A stretch of DNA of 64,000 nt from Bacteroidales bacterium (GCA_021371955.1 JAJFVD010000014.1:20538-84537), one strand, 5' to 3'. Positions 1-11,100 are shown, counted from the stretch's first letter. Program-made: numbers and translations. Notes: generated by a model not told the origin, from the sequence alone.

Positions 1-2
1 TA

Positions 3-365
3 AATGTTATACTATTTGACTCATATAGAGCATATAAGAAAGGTATACAATATAAAGTCAAATCTGTATCCAGAATGCTGGTACTTTTAATTCATAACTA
101 CATCGAAATTGTTTTTTGGTATGCTGTTATGGCATTAACAATTATATATTTAAACAATCAGTCAGCATCATATAGTTGGGCTCATTATATAAAATCAAGT
201 TTTCTATGTATCTCTACATTTAATGAAGACGCAGTGATATCAAATGGAGCTTTTCTTTCAAAAATTGCCTTTTTTGAAGCCGTGTCTGGTATAATTCTTA
301 CAATCGTTTCTATTGCCAGATGTATTAATACATTACCTGCAGTTGAAGAAATAGACAAATCTTAA
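3..365 (+). CDS. Membrane protein, 5' truncated by the window edge (possibly 2TM ion-channel-like C-terminus)
   Basis: Frame is open from position 3 (NVILFDSYRAY...) through the listed ORF 75..365; two hydrophobic helices; visibly AT-rich. Confidence 0.5.
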   Translation, partial: NVILFDSYRAYKKGIQYKVKSVSRMLVLLIHNYIEIVFWYAVMALTIIYLNNQSASYSWAHYIKSSFLCISTFNEDAVISNGAFLSKIAFFEAVSGIILTIVSIARCINTLPAVEEIDKS

Positions 366-745
366 AATTATATATCTCGATTTTTATGGAATTGGTACCT
401 TGTAAGCAACTTCAAACTATCCCATATATAACGGTTTTGATTTAATAGGTATTATTTTAGTACCCCGATGTTCAGTAAAAACGCATGTTCATTGTCGATG
501 AACAATCAAATATATTGAACGAGTTTAAGAAAAACTACCTAAAGAGAACGTTATCTCTCCACTCCCTATTTTGGTTGTTTTCAGCTCTAAATAAGGTTAA
601 TCGCATTTGATTGGATATCACAAAGTGTGATGTCCAATTAAATAATTTCATCTATGAATTATGGGAGTGAACTCTAGCACCTCCTTTCATGTTTAATTGC
701 TAATTTTAGTAAACCCTTTTTGTGTATCTTGGCATTTAACAAGGA

Positions 746-2038
746 ATGAGTAATTTATATATGACTAAAAATACGAACAATTCAGTTGTATCTTCAAAAC
801 CAAACCGCTGGCTGGTGGCTGTAATGGGTACAATTTTGATGGTTGTGCTTGGGACTGTCTATTCATGGAGCTTTTTCCAGAAACCGATAGTTGAAGCATA
901 CGGGTGGTCGAACTCGGGAGTGGCATGGGTTTTCAGTACAAATATTCTGTTTTTGGGACTTTCTGCAGCCTGGAGTGGCATTAATCTGCCCAAATACGGT
1001 CCTAAAAAACTGGCTGTTATTGGCGTCTTAATATACGGCGCGGGTTTTATGCTCGGGGGTCTGGCACTTATGGCCGGGAGCCTGCCTTTGCTCATTTTAG
1101 GGTTTGGCGTTGTGGGCGGATCCGGTATCGGGATGAGTTATGTTACCCCGGTTGTATCGGCATCAAAATGGTTTCCCGATAAACAGGGTTTCGTTACTGG
1201 AATGGTGGTTATGGGGTTTGGTTTTGGAGCGCTGGTGATGTCAAAGATTATCGCCCCCACCGTTCTGAATTTCACAAATGGCAACCTGGTTTCATCTTTT
1301 CTGATAATTGGCGCGGTTATACTTGTCCTGGGTTTTTTCGCCGCCATATTTATTGTACAACCATCTGCCGCAGATAAAAAAGAGGTGGAGAACAAAAAGG
1401 GGCTTCCGGCAATCACCGCCAGGAGAGCCATCCTTTCATCAAAATTCGCTATGATGTGGTTGGTTTTCTTTGTCAATATCACAACTGGTATAATGTTCAT
1501 CAGTTTTCAGTCGCCGCTCATGCAGGATTTATGGAGCCGCTTCAGGCCGGGGACAGACCCTGTTTCCCTTGCTGCCATTGGCGGAACACTAATCGCTGTA
1601 AGTTCTGTGTTTAATGGCATGGGCCGATTCCTGTGGGGAGGAGTGTCCGACAGAATTGGCCGGATTCAGACGTTCCGGTTGATTATGGGTAGCCAGATAC
1701 TTGTTTTTATTATTCTGTTGTTTGTTCAGAATCCCTACATTTTTGCCGTCCTCGTGTGTTATGTTTTGCTCTGCTACGGAGGCGGATTCGGAACTATTCC
1801 ATCTTTTGTAAGGGAGATTTTTTCGGAAAAGCTCATGCCGGTTGTGTACGGAGCCATTCTGACGGCTTGGTCGGCAGGCGGAGTCCTCGGCCCACAGATT
1901 GTTGGTTTTATGAAAGACCAGTTTCCCCAGAACGCTGCAACTTATGCCTTCTCCATAGGTCTTGTGCTACTCGCCGCAGGTTTTGTGCTGACGCTGTTTC
2001 TTAATAACAAACCAGTATCGAGTGGCACCCAACGGTGA
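746..2038 (+). CDS. OFA-family (oxalate:formate antiporter-like) MFS transporter
   Basis: 430 aa, about 12 TM helices; GTVYSWSFF, KWFPDKQGFVTG, GRFLWGGVSDRIGR, YGGGFG motifs; true start may be ATG 761. Confidence 0.85.
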   Translation: MSNLYMTKNTNNSVVSSKPNRWLVAVMGTILMVVLGTVYSWSFFQKPIVEAYGWSNSGVAWVFSTNILFLGLSAAWSGINLPKYGPKKLAVIGVLIYGAGFMLGGLALMAGSLPLLILGFGVVGGSGIGMSYVTPVVSASKWFPDKQGFVTGMVVMGFGFGALVMSKIIAPTVLNFTNGNLVSSFLIIGAVILVLGFFAAIFIVQPSAADKKEVENKKGLPAITARRAILSSKFAMMWLVFFVNITTGIMFISFQSPLMQDLWSRFRPGTDPVSLAAIGGTLIAVSSVFNGMGRFLWGGVSDRIGRIQTFRLIMGSQILVFIILLFVQNPYIFAVLVCYVLLCYGGGFGTIPSFVREIFSEKLMPVVYGAILTAWSAGGVLGPQIVGFMKDQFPQNAATYAFSIGLVLLAAGFVLTLFLNNKPVSSGTQR

Positions 2039-2106
2039 ATTCCGGAATCCATTTTGTAACTAAAATGAAAATCATTACTTTTGTTTTAGTCACAGATAGT
2101 CAGATT

Positions 2107-2403
2107 ATGTTACCAAGAAAAAAAATTTTATCGGCACTTAGAACTCTCAGAGAACCTTTGAGAGAATATGGTGTATCCAGGATTGGCCTTTTTGGATCTT
2201 ATGTTCGCAACGAAGCGAGCGAATCAAGTGACATCGACATAATTATCGACTTTGAGGAAAACAAAGAAACATATTTTAATTTTATAAACTCTTGCGAAAC
2301 TCTTGAGAATGAGTTTAAGAATCAAAAATTGGATATAGTAACTTTTAAAGGCCTTAGCCCATACATTGGAGCTCATATCTTAGAAGAAGTTGAATATGTA
2401 TAA
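2107..2403 (+). CDS. MNT-family nucleotidyltransferase (MntA-like antitoxin)
   Basis: GS-X10-DID motif (GSYVRNEASESSDID); ends EEVEYV; start trimmed to ATG 2107. Confidence 0.85.
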   Translation: MLPRKKILSALRTLREPLREYGVSRIGLFGSYVRNEASESSDIDIIIDFEENKETYFNFINSCETLENEFKNQKLDIVTFKGLSPYIGAHILEEVEYV

Positions 2404-2743
2404 AAATTACATAGACTTATTGCATCACATCTTGTTGGAGTGTAGATACATTGAATCTGTTATTACTCCTCAGGTTTCTAAAGATATTTTTATGGCAGAC
2501 GAGACTCTCAAGAGGGCTATTGTCAGAAGTCTGGAAGTAATTGGAGAGGCAACAAAGAAAATCCCTGCAGACATCAAACTTAGATGGAGCGAAATCGCTT
2601 GGAAAAATATTGCCGGAATGAGGGATAGACTTATTCATGACTATATGGGGATAAACTATTTCATCGTTTGGGATGTCGCAAGAAATATTATCCCCGGACT
2701 TAGGGAGCAGATTGATAACGTAATCTCTAAGGAAGAGTCATAG
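2396..2743 (+). CDS. HEPN/DUF86 RNase toxin (HepT-like)
   Basis: R-X4-H-X-Y motif (RDRLIHDY), RSLEVIGEA; overlaps the MNT gene by 8 nt. Confidence 0.85.
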   Translation: MYKNYIDLLHHILLECRYIESVITPQVSKDIFMADETLKRAIVRSLEVIGEATKKIPADIKLRWSEIAWKNIAGMRDRLIHDYMGINYFIVWDVARNIIPGLREQIDNVISKEES

Positions 2744-2786
2744 TTAAAGAAAAAACCTTTTCAACCACCTCATTATGTGGCAGTTA

Positions 2787-2823
2787 CTAAAAGTGAAGAG
2801 GGCTGAGCCCTCTTCACTTTTAG
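2787..2823. terminator. Bidirectional intrinsic terminator
   Basis: Perfect 17-bp inverted repeat CTAAAAGTGAAGAGGGC-tga-GCCCTCTTCACTTTTAG between convergent genes. Confidence 0.85.
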
Positions 2824-2845
2824 CAACCGCCAGTCAAACAACTAC

Positions 2846-3067
2846 TTAGACGGCATTCGTAAGCCGACCCCGCATATTTCTTATCACCCTCACTCCTATC
2901 AAAATCAGAAACAATACCGCAAATACCAGCGAAAAGCCTTCGCAAAATCCATAGAAGAAGTCGGAGATGGATGCGGGCGAATAATGCCTTACAAGGTTCG
3001 CCGCCCCGTAGACAACTAACGCCAAACTACCGGTTATAATTGTCGCAAATTTTATATTCATTCTCAT
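2846..3067 (-). CDS. Small 2-TM membrane protein
   Basis: Two hydrophobic segments; ATG 3067 lies just after the stop of the upstream gene. Confidence 0.6.
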   Translation of the reverse strand: MRMNIKFATIITGSLALVVYGAANLVRHYSPASISDFFYGFCEGFSLVFAVLFLILIGVRVIRNMRGRLTNAV

Positions 3068-3068
3068 T

Positions 3069-3677
3069 TTATTCCTGGTTTTCAAGTCGTGACAAATCGG
3101 CAATCAGGGGATATATCTCTTTTCTTATTCTCCATCTTCTTATGCGGTATCCGAGAAGTCCGGACAGGGCCATGAATGAGGAAACGGTTATATGCATAAA
3201 CAGGGGGCTGACAGATTGCGGTTCCGATGGGATTCCGAGGAATAAAACATTTATACCAACTATCATTGACAGAATAAAAAGGATAAAAGGCAATCCGAAA
3301 ATGTTGTTCTGTTTTTTCAGCAGCGAAATTGCATCTTTTGCGAACCGTGTTGAGCTCTGCGTATAATCGAGTTTTGAAGAGTAAAACTGATTTTTGAGAT
3401 AGTAAAACATAAATGATATTATGCCTGCGAAGATTATTGAAATGCCAATATATATTTCAACAGGATCAATGCCTAAAGATTTTATTGATATCATGAATGT
3501 TGAAAGAAGGATGGTAATGATAACTATTTTAAGGATGTTTATGAGTTTTTGAAAATGGTCGAAACTTTTTAGTTTTTTCACCATTGACATATTCTCCTTT
3601 ATTACAGGCGCGTCTTGTGATGTGTCTGCTATTGTATTCTCTTCCCAAACTTTACGAAGATAGTCCAGTTCATTCAT
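3069..3677 (-). CDS. Multi-TM membrane protein, putative anti-sigma factor
   Basis: MNELDYLRKVW start overlapping the sigma stop by 8 nt; about 4 TM helices. Confidence 0.6.
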   Translation of the reverse strand: MNELDYLRKVWEENTIADTSQDAPVIKENMSMVKKLKSFDHFQKLINILKIVIITILLSTFMISIKSLGIDPVEIYIGISIIFAGIISFMFYYLKNQFYSSKLDYTQSSTRFAKDAISLLKKQNNIFGLPFILFILSMIVGINVLFLGIPSEPQSVSPLFMHITVSSFMALSGLLGYRIRRWRIRKEIYPLIADLSRLENQE

Positions 3678-4188
3678 TGTCGTATTTTTTAAGTAGTTCA
3701 TAAAGTTGCTTTTTGATTCTGGTAACCTTCACTCCCACATAGTTTGCTGATATCCCAACAATTTCGGCTACCTGTTCGTATGTCTGACCCTCCAGAATGA
3801 GGGAAATAATGAGCCTGTCCTGTTTTTGGAGTTCTGATATTGATTTCCCCAGATGATTTAACCGGCTCTCCATTTGAACTTTGTCGTTTGGATTTGAGAA
3901 GGCGGCAAATGTGTTTATCTCGGTTGCCGCCCACCGTATCTTTTTATACTGTTTGGTATTTCTGTTATAAAGCAGGGCAGTATTTACGGCAACCTTGTAA
4001 GTCCATGTGCCTATGGATGAATCTCCTTTAAACTTATCCAGACTGTTCCAGACGTTTATCATAATCTCCTGAAAAAGGTCCTCTACCTGTTCCTTCTCAT
4101 AAATATACCCATAGCAGATGCGGTATATTCTGAGCCGGTATTCGGTGTAAACCTCCTCAAAAAGTTCCTCCTTTGTCTTTATACTCAT
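3670..4188 (-). CDS. ECF RNA polymerase sigma-70 factor
   Basis: Region 2 EDLFQEIMINVW / TWTYKVAVN; region 4 YEQVAEIVGISANYVGVKVTRIK. Confidence 0.9.
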   Translation of the reverse strand: MSIKTKEELFEEVYTEYRLRIYRICYGYIYEKEQVEDLFQEIMINVWNSLDKFKGDSSIGTWTYKVAVNTALLYNRNTKQYKKIRWAATEINTFAAFSNPNDKVQMESRLNHLGKSISELQKQDRLIISLILEGQTYEQVAEIVGISANYVGVKVTRIKKQLYELLKKYDNE

Positions 4189-4319
4189 TTCGCTAAAATT
4201 AATATTTTTTTCATCCTGTTTATAAATTTGTTTGTTTACCTATTTGTAACAACTTATGCTATTTTATTACAAGGCTGATATCTAAAAAAAATCTATATTT
4301 ACAAAAAGACTCGTCAGTC

Positions 4320-5405
4320 ATGAAAAAAGTAATTATCCACTATTTCACAGGTACGGGTAATACTGCCCACTCTGTAAAAATAATTTCTGCAAAGCTTCAG
4401 GCAAAAGGTTATGACGTAGATGTCCGTCAGGTAATTAAAGACGTACTGCCTCCGGAAGAATCCTATGACTATCATATTGTTGCATTTCCGGTTCTTAGCT
4501 GGTCGGCTCCCGTTATAATGAAACGGTATCTTCACAGGATGCCCGTGTCAAATGGTGCGGGAACTGCTGTTCTTGCTGTTAATGGCACTATATTCCATAA
4601 AGGCAACCTCGTAAAGGGCTACACCGGGCAGGCTCTTGAGCAGGTTGAGAATATCTTGAGGAAAAAGAATTATAATGTTTTCCTCTCCGCAAATGCATCA
4701 TTCCCCGATAACTGGACACAAGCCACAAACCCTCCGGACAAAAAAGACACTGAAGCAATTTTTCCTTTAGGCGAGGCTGAGGTCCTCTGTTTTGCCGAGA
4801 ATTTCATGGATGAAAAGAGAGAGTTGTACCGGTGCGGCAGGTTCAACCGGATGTGGTCCGGTTCAATTGCTGCTCTTTTTGGTTTCATAGGCCGGAGGGC
4901 ATTAGGGAAGTTCTATGTTGCAGACGAAAACTGCAATGGTTGTTCCCTCTGCGCTAAGTCATGTCCAGTACACGCCATAAAAATGAGTCACAAAAAACCG
5001 CACTGGAACTTCAGCTGCGAAGACTGCAACAGGTGCATAAACATCTGCCCGGAGCGTTCAATTCAGGTATCGGGGCCACTGTTGATTATGCAGCTTGTCA
5101 TAAATACAGGGCTCATCATCTGGGCAATACTGGCAATACTCAAATATGTTCCTTTGTGGCTCGCCGGCGAAACATCCGGCTGGCTGAACACACTCCTTTC
5201 CGGCTCAGCATTCATCCTCACGGCAGAAATCATTTTGATAACTATTGCCACATTTTTTATCCACTGGCTGAGCTTTGTTCCAATTGACGCATTCTTCCGT
5301 TTGCTCATGTGGATTCCGGGAGTGCGCCGCTATTTCGGCAGGAGCTACACAAAAAATTATCGCCGTTACATGGCTCCCGGGTTTAATGTAAAACAGGGAT
5401 GCTAA
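4320..5405 (+). CDS. EFR1-family flavodoxin/2x[4Fe-4S] ferredoxin protein
   Basis: YFTGTGNT FMN loop; CNGCSLCAKSCP and CEDCNRCINICP; hydrophobic C-terminal segment. Confidence 0.85.
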   Translation: MKKVIIHYFTGTGNTAHSVKIISAKLQAKGYDVDVRQVIKDVLPPEESYDYHIVAFPVLSWSAPVIMKRYLHRMPVSNGAGTAVLAVNGTIFHKGNLVKGYTGQALEQVENILRKKNYNVFLSANASFPDNWTQATNPPDKKDTEAIFPLGEAEVLCFAENFMDEKRELYRCGRFNRMWSGSIAALFGFIGRRALGKFYVADENCNGCSLCAKSCPVHAIKMSHKKPHWNFSCEDCNRCINICPERSIQVSGPLLIMQLVINTGLIIWAILAILKYVPLWLAGETSGWLNTLLSGSAFILTAEIILITIATFFIHWLSFVPIDAFFRLLMWIPGVRRYFGRSYTKNYRRYMAPGFNVKQGC

Positions 5406-5475
5406 ATTTAATTAACACCCCTGTCATTATCCGGTAAACATCTATAGATAATCAATATTCAAAACTAAGCATGTT

Positions 5476-6579
5476 TCACATTTCTAAACTGATACTTATC
5501 AGTGGATGTTTACCTTCATAATAGTGCATATTCAGGACAAGTAAATCTACAGTTTTCACATCTGAAGCTAAATTTATGAGAATATCGGAGTTGGGATCTA
5601 AATCATATTTTTTGCTTCCTATTGAGAAATGATACGGAATTCCTGAGTCATTTCTGAATCTGTAAACACTCTGTTTCTCATTCCCGGAAATTTTTCCCGC
5701 CTTCACAGAAGCAAGAAACAACGAAGTAAGCAGTTTCTCATCTCCGGCAACATTATCATCGAAGTAAGCAAGAGTGAGTCTGTTTAACAATGCTTCTTTA
5801 ACTGCTTCAGGATTTTTCTCTTTGACAAATACAAGCGTCATTGGCCGGAAACTTGACCGCGATGCTCCTGAACCATGAACTCCAAAATCGTCAGTTATTG
5901 AACCATGAACATCGGACGCTCCAAATACTGTCAGTTTTTTATCCTTGCTCCACGAAAGAGCTCTTGGATAAAATTCGTCATTATTAAACACTTCGATGCC
6001 CTTTACATAACCTTTGTCTATCATTGCTTTTTGGAAATCTGTCAGCAGACAGGTATCCAAAGCCCATGCAGGATGGTTATAAGTAATGAAAGCACCCTGG
6101 TCATATGCATTTTTTAATGCCAGCTCCGGATTGGGGTTATCAATTGGGTTGGCATCTTTAATAAAAAGGGCATTGAAGTGTCCTAATACTCCCTGTTTTC
6201 TTGTTACCTCCACTCCTCTTATCAGCATTACTCCCATCTCTTCAGCTACCGGCAAAGCAATTTCATAAGCAGCATTAAGGTCTCCGTTTGTGAACTTCCT
6301 GTACGGGCGATATTCAATATGGTCTGTAATTGCAAGGACGTCAAGGCCGCTTTTCCAGGCTTCCATAACCCTGTAGGTTGGCCATACAAGTCCATCCGAA
6401 AACATCGTGTGGGTGTGAAAATCACACCTGAGCAATGTGTATCCGTCAACTTGCGGTAAGGCCAGTTCAACCCGGTTGACACTTTTTTTCTCAGGAAAGT
6501 TCTGTTTGTTTAAATTCTGAGAATAGAGCCCTGTGCTGGAAGCTATCAAAAACCCGACGAATAATGATAAGAAGCGCAT
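5476..6579 (-). CDS. Exported PHP-domain phosphoesterase
   Basis: Signal peptide; CDFHTHTMFSDG, AITDH, GHFN, NHP, SDVH metal ligands. Confidence 0.85.
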   Translation of the reverse strand: MRFLSLFVGFLIASSTGLYSQNLNKQNFPEKKSVNRVELALPQVDGYTLLRCDFHTHTMFSDGLVWPTYRVMEAWKSGLDVLAITDHIEYRPYRKFTNGDLNAAYEIALPVAEEMGVMLIRGVEVTRKQGVLGHFNALFIKDANPIDNPNPELALKNAYDQGAFITYNHPAWALDTCLLTDFQKAMIDKGYVKGIEVFNNDEFYPRALSWSKDKKLTVFGASDVHGSITDDFGVHGSGASRSSFRPMTLVFVKEKNPEAVKEALLNRLTLAYFDDNVAGDEKLLTSLFLASVKAGKISGNEKQSVYRFRNDSGIPYHFSIGSKKYDLDPNSDILINLASDVKTVDLLVLNMHYYEGKHPLISISLEM

Positions 6580-6598
6580 TGGATATTTTGTTTAAATG

Positions 6599-8104
6599 TT
6601 AAAGCGGATTTTGCACAATATTGCCATTACCGTTCTCAATTTCTAACTGCGGAATTGGCATTAATTCACTGATTCCGGGCTTGAAATTGGCTTGCGTTTT
6701 ATATGCTTTGAACTCAGGTGCATTAAATGCTGCAACTGCTTTTCCGGTACGAACAAGATCAAAGAATCTGTCGCCTTCCATCGCAAGTTCCACCCGTCTT
6801 TCTTTAAGTATGGACTCAAGAAGAGATGCTCCTGTATCTGTTGTATTTTCAAGCAATCCGGCTCTCGTTCTTACCTTATTAAGATAAATTCTCGCATTGC
6901 CGTCGTCACTGGTTCTGTTGCAGGCCTCAGCATATATCAGATATAATTCCGAAAGTCTGAGAATCCTTATATTTAGAGGCAATGTAAAAATACCTGTTCC
7001 AACTCTGTCTTTCGGTGGCAGATAGAATTTTTTATTGTAGTATCCAGTCCTGTTATAAACAAGGCTTGCAATGTTTGCCTGAGTTTCGACCCCTTGCATG
7101 TCTGCTACTGTGAGTACAGTTGCTTTAAGTCGTTTGTCTCCGGGCTCAAAAGCATTAACCAGTCCCGGCAAAGCCTGATTGCCACCATAACCTGCAAATG
7201 GCCTTGGCATCATTGCATAACTGCTGTAGTTGCCGTTTGTAAGGTAATTTGCTGTTTCAGAAGTAGATTGATAAAAATCAATTTCGAAAATTGACTCAGA
7301 TCCATGTTCTCCTTTTAAGTTGAAGTTATCTTCAAACTCAGTAAACAGCTTATATTCGGTCTCGCCCATGTCTATAACAGATTTTGCAGCAACTTTTGCC
7401 TCTGCATACTTCTTGTCGTAAAGATAAACCTTGGCAAGAAGCGTATAGGCTGCGCCTGAAGTTGCTCTGCCTAAATTTGTTGCACCAAGTACAGATTTCT
7501 TTGACATAAGCTTTGCAGCTTCTATCAGGTCCTTTTCTATAAAAGCATATACTTCTGCTTTCGGTGACCTTTTTTTGTCTTTATCTCCTATTTTTGGAAC
7601 CCCGTTAACAATTGGCGCATCTCCCCAGGTCCTTACAACTTCAAAGTGGAAATAGGCTCTTAGGAAATATGCCTCTCCAAGAAGTTGGCTTTTAGATAGT
7701 TTTTTAAAAAGACTTTCGTCCATTTCAGAAATTCCTTCTATTGATTGGTTTGCCTTGTTAATTGCTCTATAGCAAACCTGCCATCTGTCTAAAAGTCTGC
7801 TCCAGTCTGAATGGTAATTGAAGCTCTCCATTCTTATGGCTGCTGCGATATCTCCATCGCTGCCGCTGGCTGTTGCGTCGTCGGACAGAACATCACCAAT
7901 TGACCAAATGCTACGGTGGTAACGGGTATCTTTCAAATCTGAATATGCCGCGGTAAGTGACGAAACGGCATCTTTTTCATTCAGAAAAAACGACTCTGCC
8001 GAAAGTGATCCTTGCATCTCTCTGTCGAGAAAGTCTGTACAGGAAGACAAAAGTGCAATAGAAATAATGCCTTGAAAAATATATTTTAATGTTTTCATAT
8101 TCAA
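6599..8104 (-). CDS. RagB/SusD family outer-membrane lipoprotein
   Basis: Lipobox LLSSC; GEAYFLRAYFHF, RLSELYL, ERRVELAMEGDRFFDL. Confidence 0.92.
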   Translation of the reverse strand: MNMKTLKYIFQGIISIALLSSCTDFLDREMQGSLSAESFFLNEKDAVSSLTAAYSDLKDTRYHRSIWSIGDVLSDDATASGSDGDIAAAIRMESFNYHSDWSRLLDRWQVCYRAINKANQSIEGISEMDESLFKKLSKSQLLGEAYFLRAYFHFEVVRTWGDAPIVNGVPKIGDKDKKRSPKAEVYAFIEKDLIEAAKLMSKKSVLGATNLGRATSGAAYTLLAKVYLYDKKYAEAKVAAKSVIDMGETEYKLFTEFEDNFNLKGEHGSESIFEIDFYQSTSETANYLTNGNYSSYAMMPRPFAGYGGNQALPGLVNAFEPGDKRLKATVLTVADMQGVETQANIASLVYNRTGYYNKKFYLPPKDRVGTGIFTLPLNIRILRLSELYLIYAEACNRTSDDGNARIYLNKVRTRAGLLENTTDTGASLLESILKERRVELAMEGDRFFDLVRTGKAVAAFNAPEFKAYKTQANFKPGISELMPIPQLEIENGNGNIVQNPL

Positions 8105-8109
8105 GAAAT

Positions 8110-11100
8110 TTAGAAATTAATGCTTAAACCTCCGGTAATTGTTCTGTTCTGAGGATATGTTCCCATATCAACACCGCGACTCAGATAGTTCGATGTGCTC
8201 AGCTGTCCGATTTCGGGATAAAGTCCGGAATATTTTGTAATGGTAAGGAGATTTTGCGCACTCACATAAACCTTAATTCCTTCGATTTTAAGTTTTGACG
8301 TGAATGATTTAGGGAATGTGTATGTCAACTGAATATTCTTTAACCTTATGAACGATCCGTCCTCAACATATCGATCGGAGATTCTCAGGTTATCATTTAT
8401 ATCGTTTCCATTAACCCTTGGCATTGTGGTATTGGTGTTTTCGGGAGTCCAGTAGTCGAGAACATCAATATGTTTGTTGTATATGCTGTTAGTTCCATAG
8501 ATGTAAGATCTTGTTGCATTAAAAATTTCATTTCCCTGTACGCCATCAAAAAACGCGCTGAATTCAAGACCTTTATAGCCGAAGCCCAAATTAATACCAT
8601 ATGTAAAGTCAGGAATAGGGCTTCCTATCATTGTTTTATCTGCATCGTTGAGTTTCCCGTCCGGAACACCCGACAAAGTCTTGCCATCGGCATTGTATCC
8701 GTTTATATCCTTGTAGATAACGTCACCAAGTCCGGCCGAAGGCTGTCGTGTCTTAACTTCTGTAAGTTGAGCATCGTTTTGTACAAGACCGTCTGTTTTA
8801 AATCCCCAGTATACACCAATTGGATAACCAACCTGAGTGAGGGTTGCATACCCCTTCTGGAAGACAGAACCGCCAGGTATTGCCTTGCCCGTTCCCAAAC
8901 TAAGCACTTTGTTGTTTATGCTTGAAAAATTGGCTCCGATACTGTAATAGAAATCATTTGAAAATGAACCTTTCCATGATATTTGAAACTCAATTCCTTT
9001 ATTTCTTACGCTACCAACATTTGTAACGGGACCTGTTTCGAAACCCATATGATATGGAATAGGCTCCATGAGCAACATGTCTTTTGTTGTTTTAATGAAG
9101 TAATCTGTTACAATATTAAGATTTTTGAACAATACGATATCAAGGCCAAAGTTTTCGGATTCCGAAGTCTCCCATTTAATTTTATCATTGGCCATGCCAA
9201 CTGCCACTACTCCCTGATAAATTGACTCAGGCATTCCGTAAAGATAACGGTACTGCGCTCCTGAAGTTAAAGTCGATTGGAAAAGATAATTTCCAATATT
9301 TTGGTTACCTATCTGACCCCATCCTGCTCTTAATTTAAGAGCATTTACCCAATCGTAATTAAGTTGCCTGAAAAATTTCTCGTTGTTTATTTTCCATGCC
9401 AGCGAGAAAGACGGGAATATTGCATATCTGTTCTGTTTTGCAAATTTTGAAGAGCCATCGGCACGTAAACTCAGTGTAGCCAATATTCTGTCATCGAAAC
9501 CGTAATTTACTCTTCCAAGATATGAAATCATTGCCGATTCCCATGCTGCCCCGCTTACCGATGCTGATGTTGCGTTTTGTGCTGCGTTTAAATATTTTAA
9601 ACTGGCTAGATCGGCCGGAACACCTTTTTTACTGCCAAAAAGATTCTCTTCTCTTGTCTCTTCCATTGTATAACCAACCAATGCATTAAGAGAGTGTTTT
9701 TCAGCAAATGTCTTATTATAATTAAGTGTGTTTTCCCACAACCAGTTGTCTCTTTTGAGATAGCCTCTGCTTATTATGCTTTCGTCGTTTTTTTGAGTTG
9801 TGCTCACAAAGTACTGCGGAACAAAGTCATAATAATCTTCTTTTTTCATATCAACCCCAAATGTACTTTTGAATTTAAGGTTTTTGAGGATATCGATATT
9901 CAGAAATATATTTCCAACAAGGTTCAGATTCTTGTATTGTGTGTCGGTATATTGAATTGAGGCAACCGGGTTGTTGCTGTCAACATATGGAGAAGACCCA
10001 TATGTCCCATCTGCGTTGTATACCGGAACCACCGGTTCAAGTCTCACAGCAGTACTGACAATTCCCCATGATTCGCTTCCTTCAAGCACCTGTGCTCTGT
10101 TTGCTATTGATAACGATAGGTTTGAACCTAAAGTTACATTCTTCATTATTTTTGCTTCGCTGTTTAGTCTCAAAGTCAAACGATCGAATTTCGTACCTTT
10201 TATTGTACCGTCCTGATTGAAATAACCAACGCTTGCAGCATAAAGTATATCACCTTCTCCACCATTGACATCAAGATTATAATTCTGTATCGGTGCAACC
10301 TGTGTTACCTCTTTCATCCAGTCGGTAGAGGTGTTCCTGTTAACTTTGCTAAGGTCTATTTTATTAGTTCTTGTTTTGTTAATTTCTGCCTGCAGGTCAT
10401 ACCATTGCGGGCCGTTAAGCAGCTGTTGGTTGTTTATTGAGTTCTGAACACCGGCATATCCGCTGAATGATATTTTAGTTTTGCCGGCATTTCCTTTGCG
10501 TGTAGAGATTAGTACAACGCCATTCGCACCTCTCGAACCGTAAATTGCACTTGCAGACGCATCTTTCAAAACCTCCATCGAGGTTATATCGTTAGTATTG
10601 AGATAGCTTATACTGCTTACAGGCATTCCATCAACTACATAAAGTGGTTCTGCATCGTTTACAGTACCAATTCCTCTGATTCGTACAGATGCCGATCCTC
10701 CCGGCGAACCTGAATTGGAAACAACCTGAACACCAGGGAGCCTGCCCTGGAGAGCCTGATCGGCACTTAAAACAGCTTGTTTAGTGATATCTTCGCTCTT
10801 GATTGAGGCAACAGAACCGGTTACATCACCCTTCTTAATTGTACCGTAACCAATAACGACAAGTTCCTTCAGGTTGATTGCATCATCATTCATGGTAATT
10901 ACCAGATGATTTGCTCCGTTAGGTGTTACCTGTTTTGTTTCATAACTGATTGCAGAAACTTCTAGGACTCCGTTTGCCGGCATTACAATAGTAAAGGCGC
11001 CGTCAATATCTGTATACGCACCAATTTTTGTGCCTACAAGCCATATGTTTGCTGCTATTACAGATTCTCCCTTCTTGTCCAGTACCACCCCGCTTACTGT

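Noticed and set aside
560-669. CACTCCC ... GGGAGTG pair as another 95-bp element
   Set aside because: Only 7 bp are complementary, there is no TG[G/T]TA box, and the geometry does not match.
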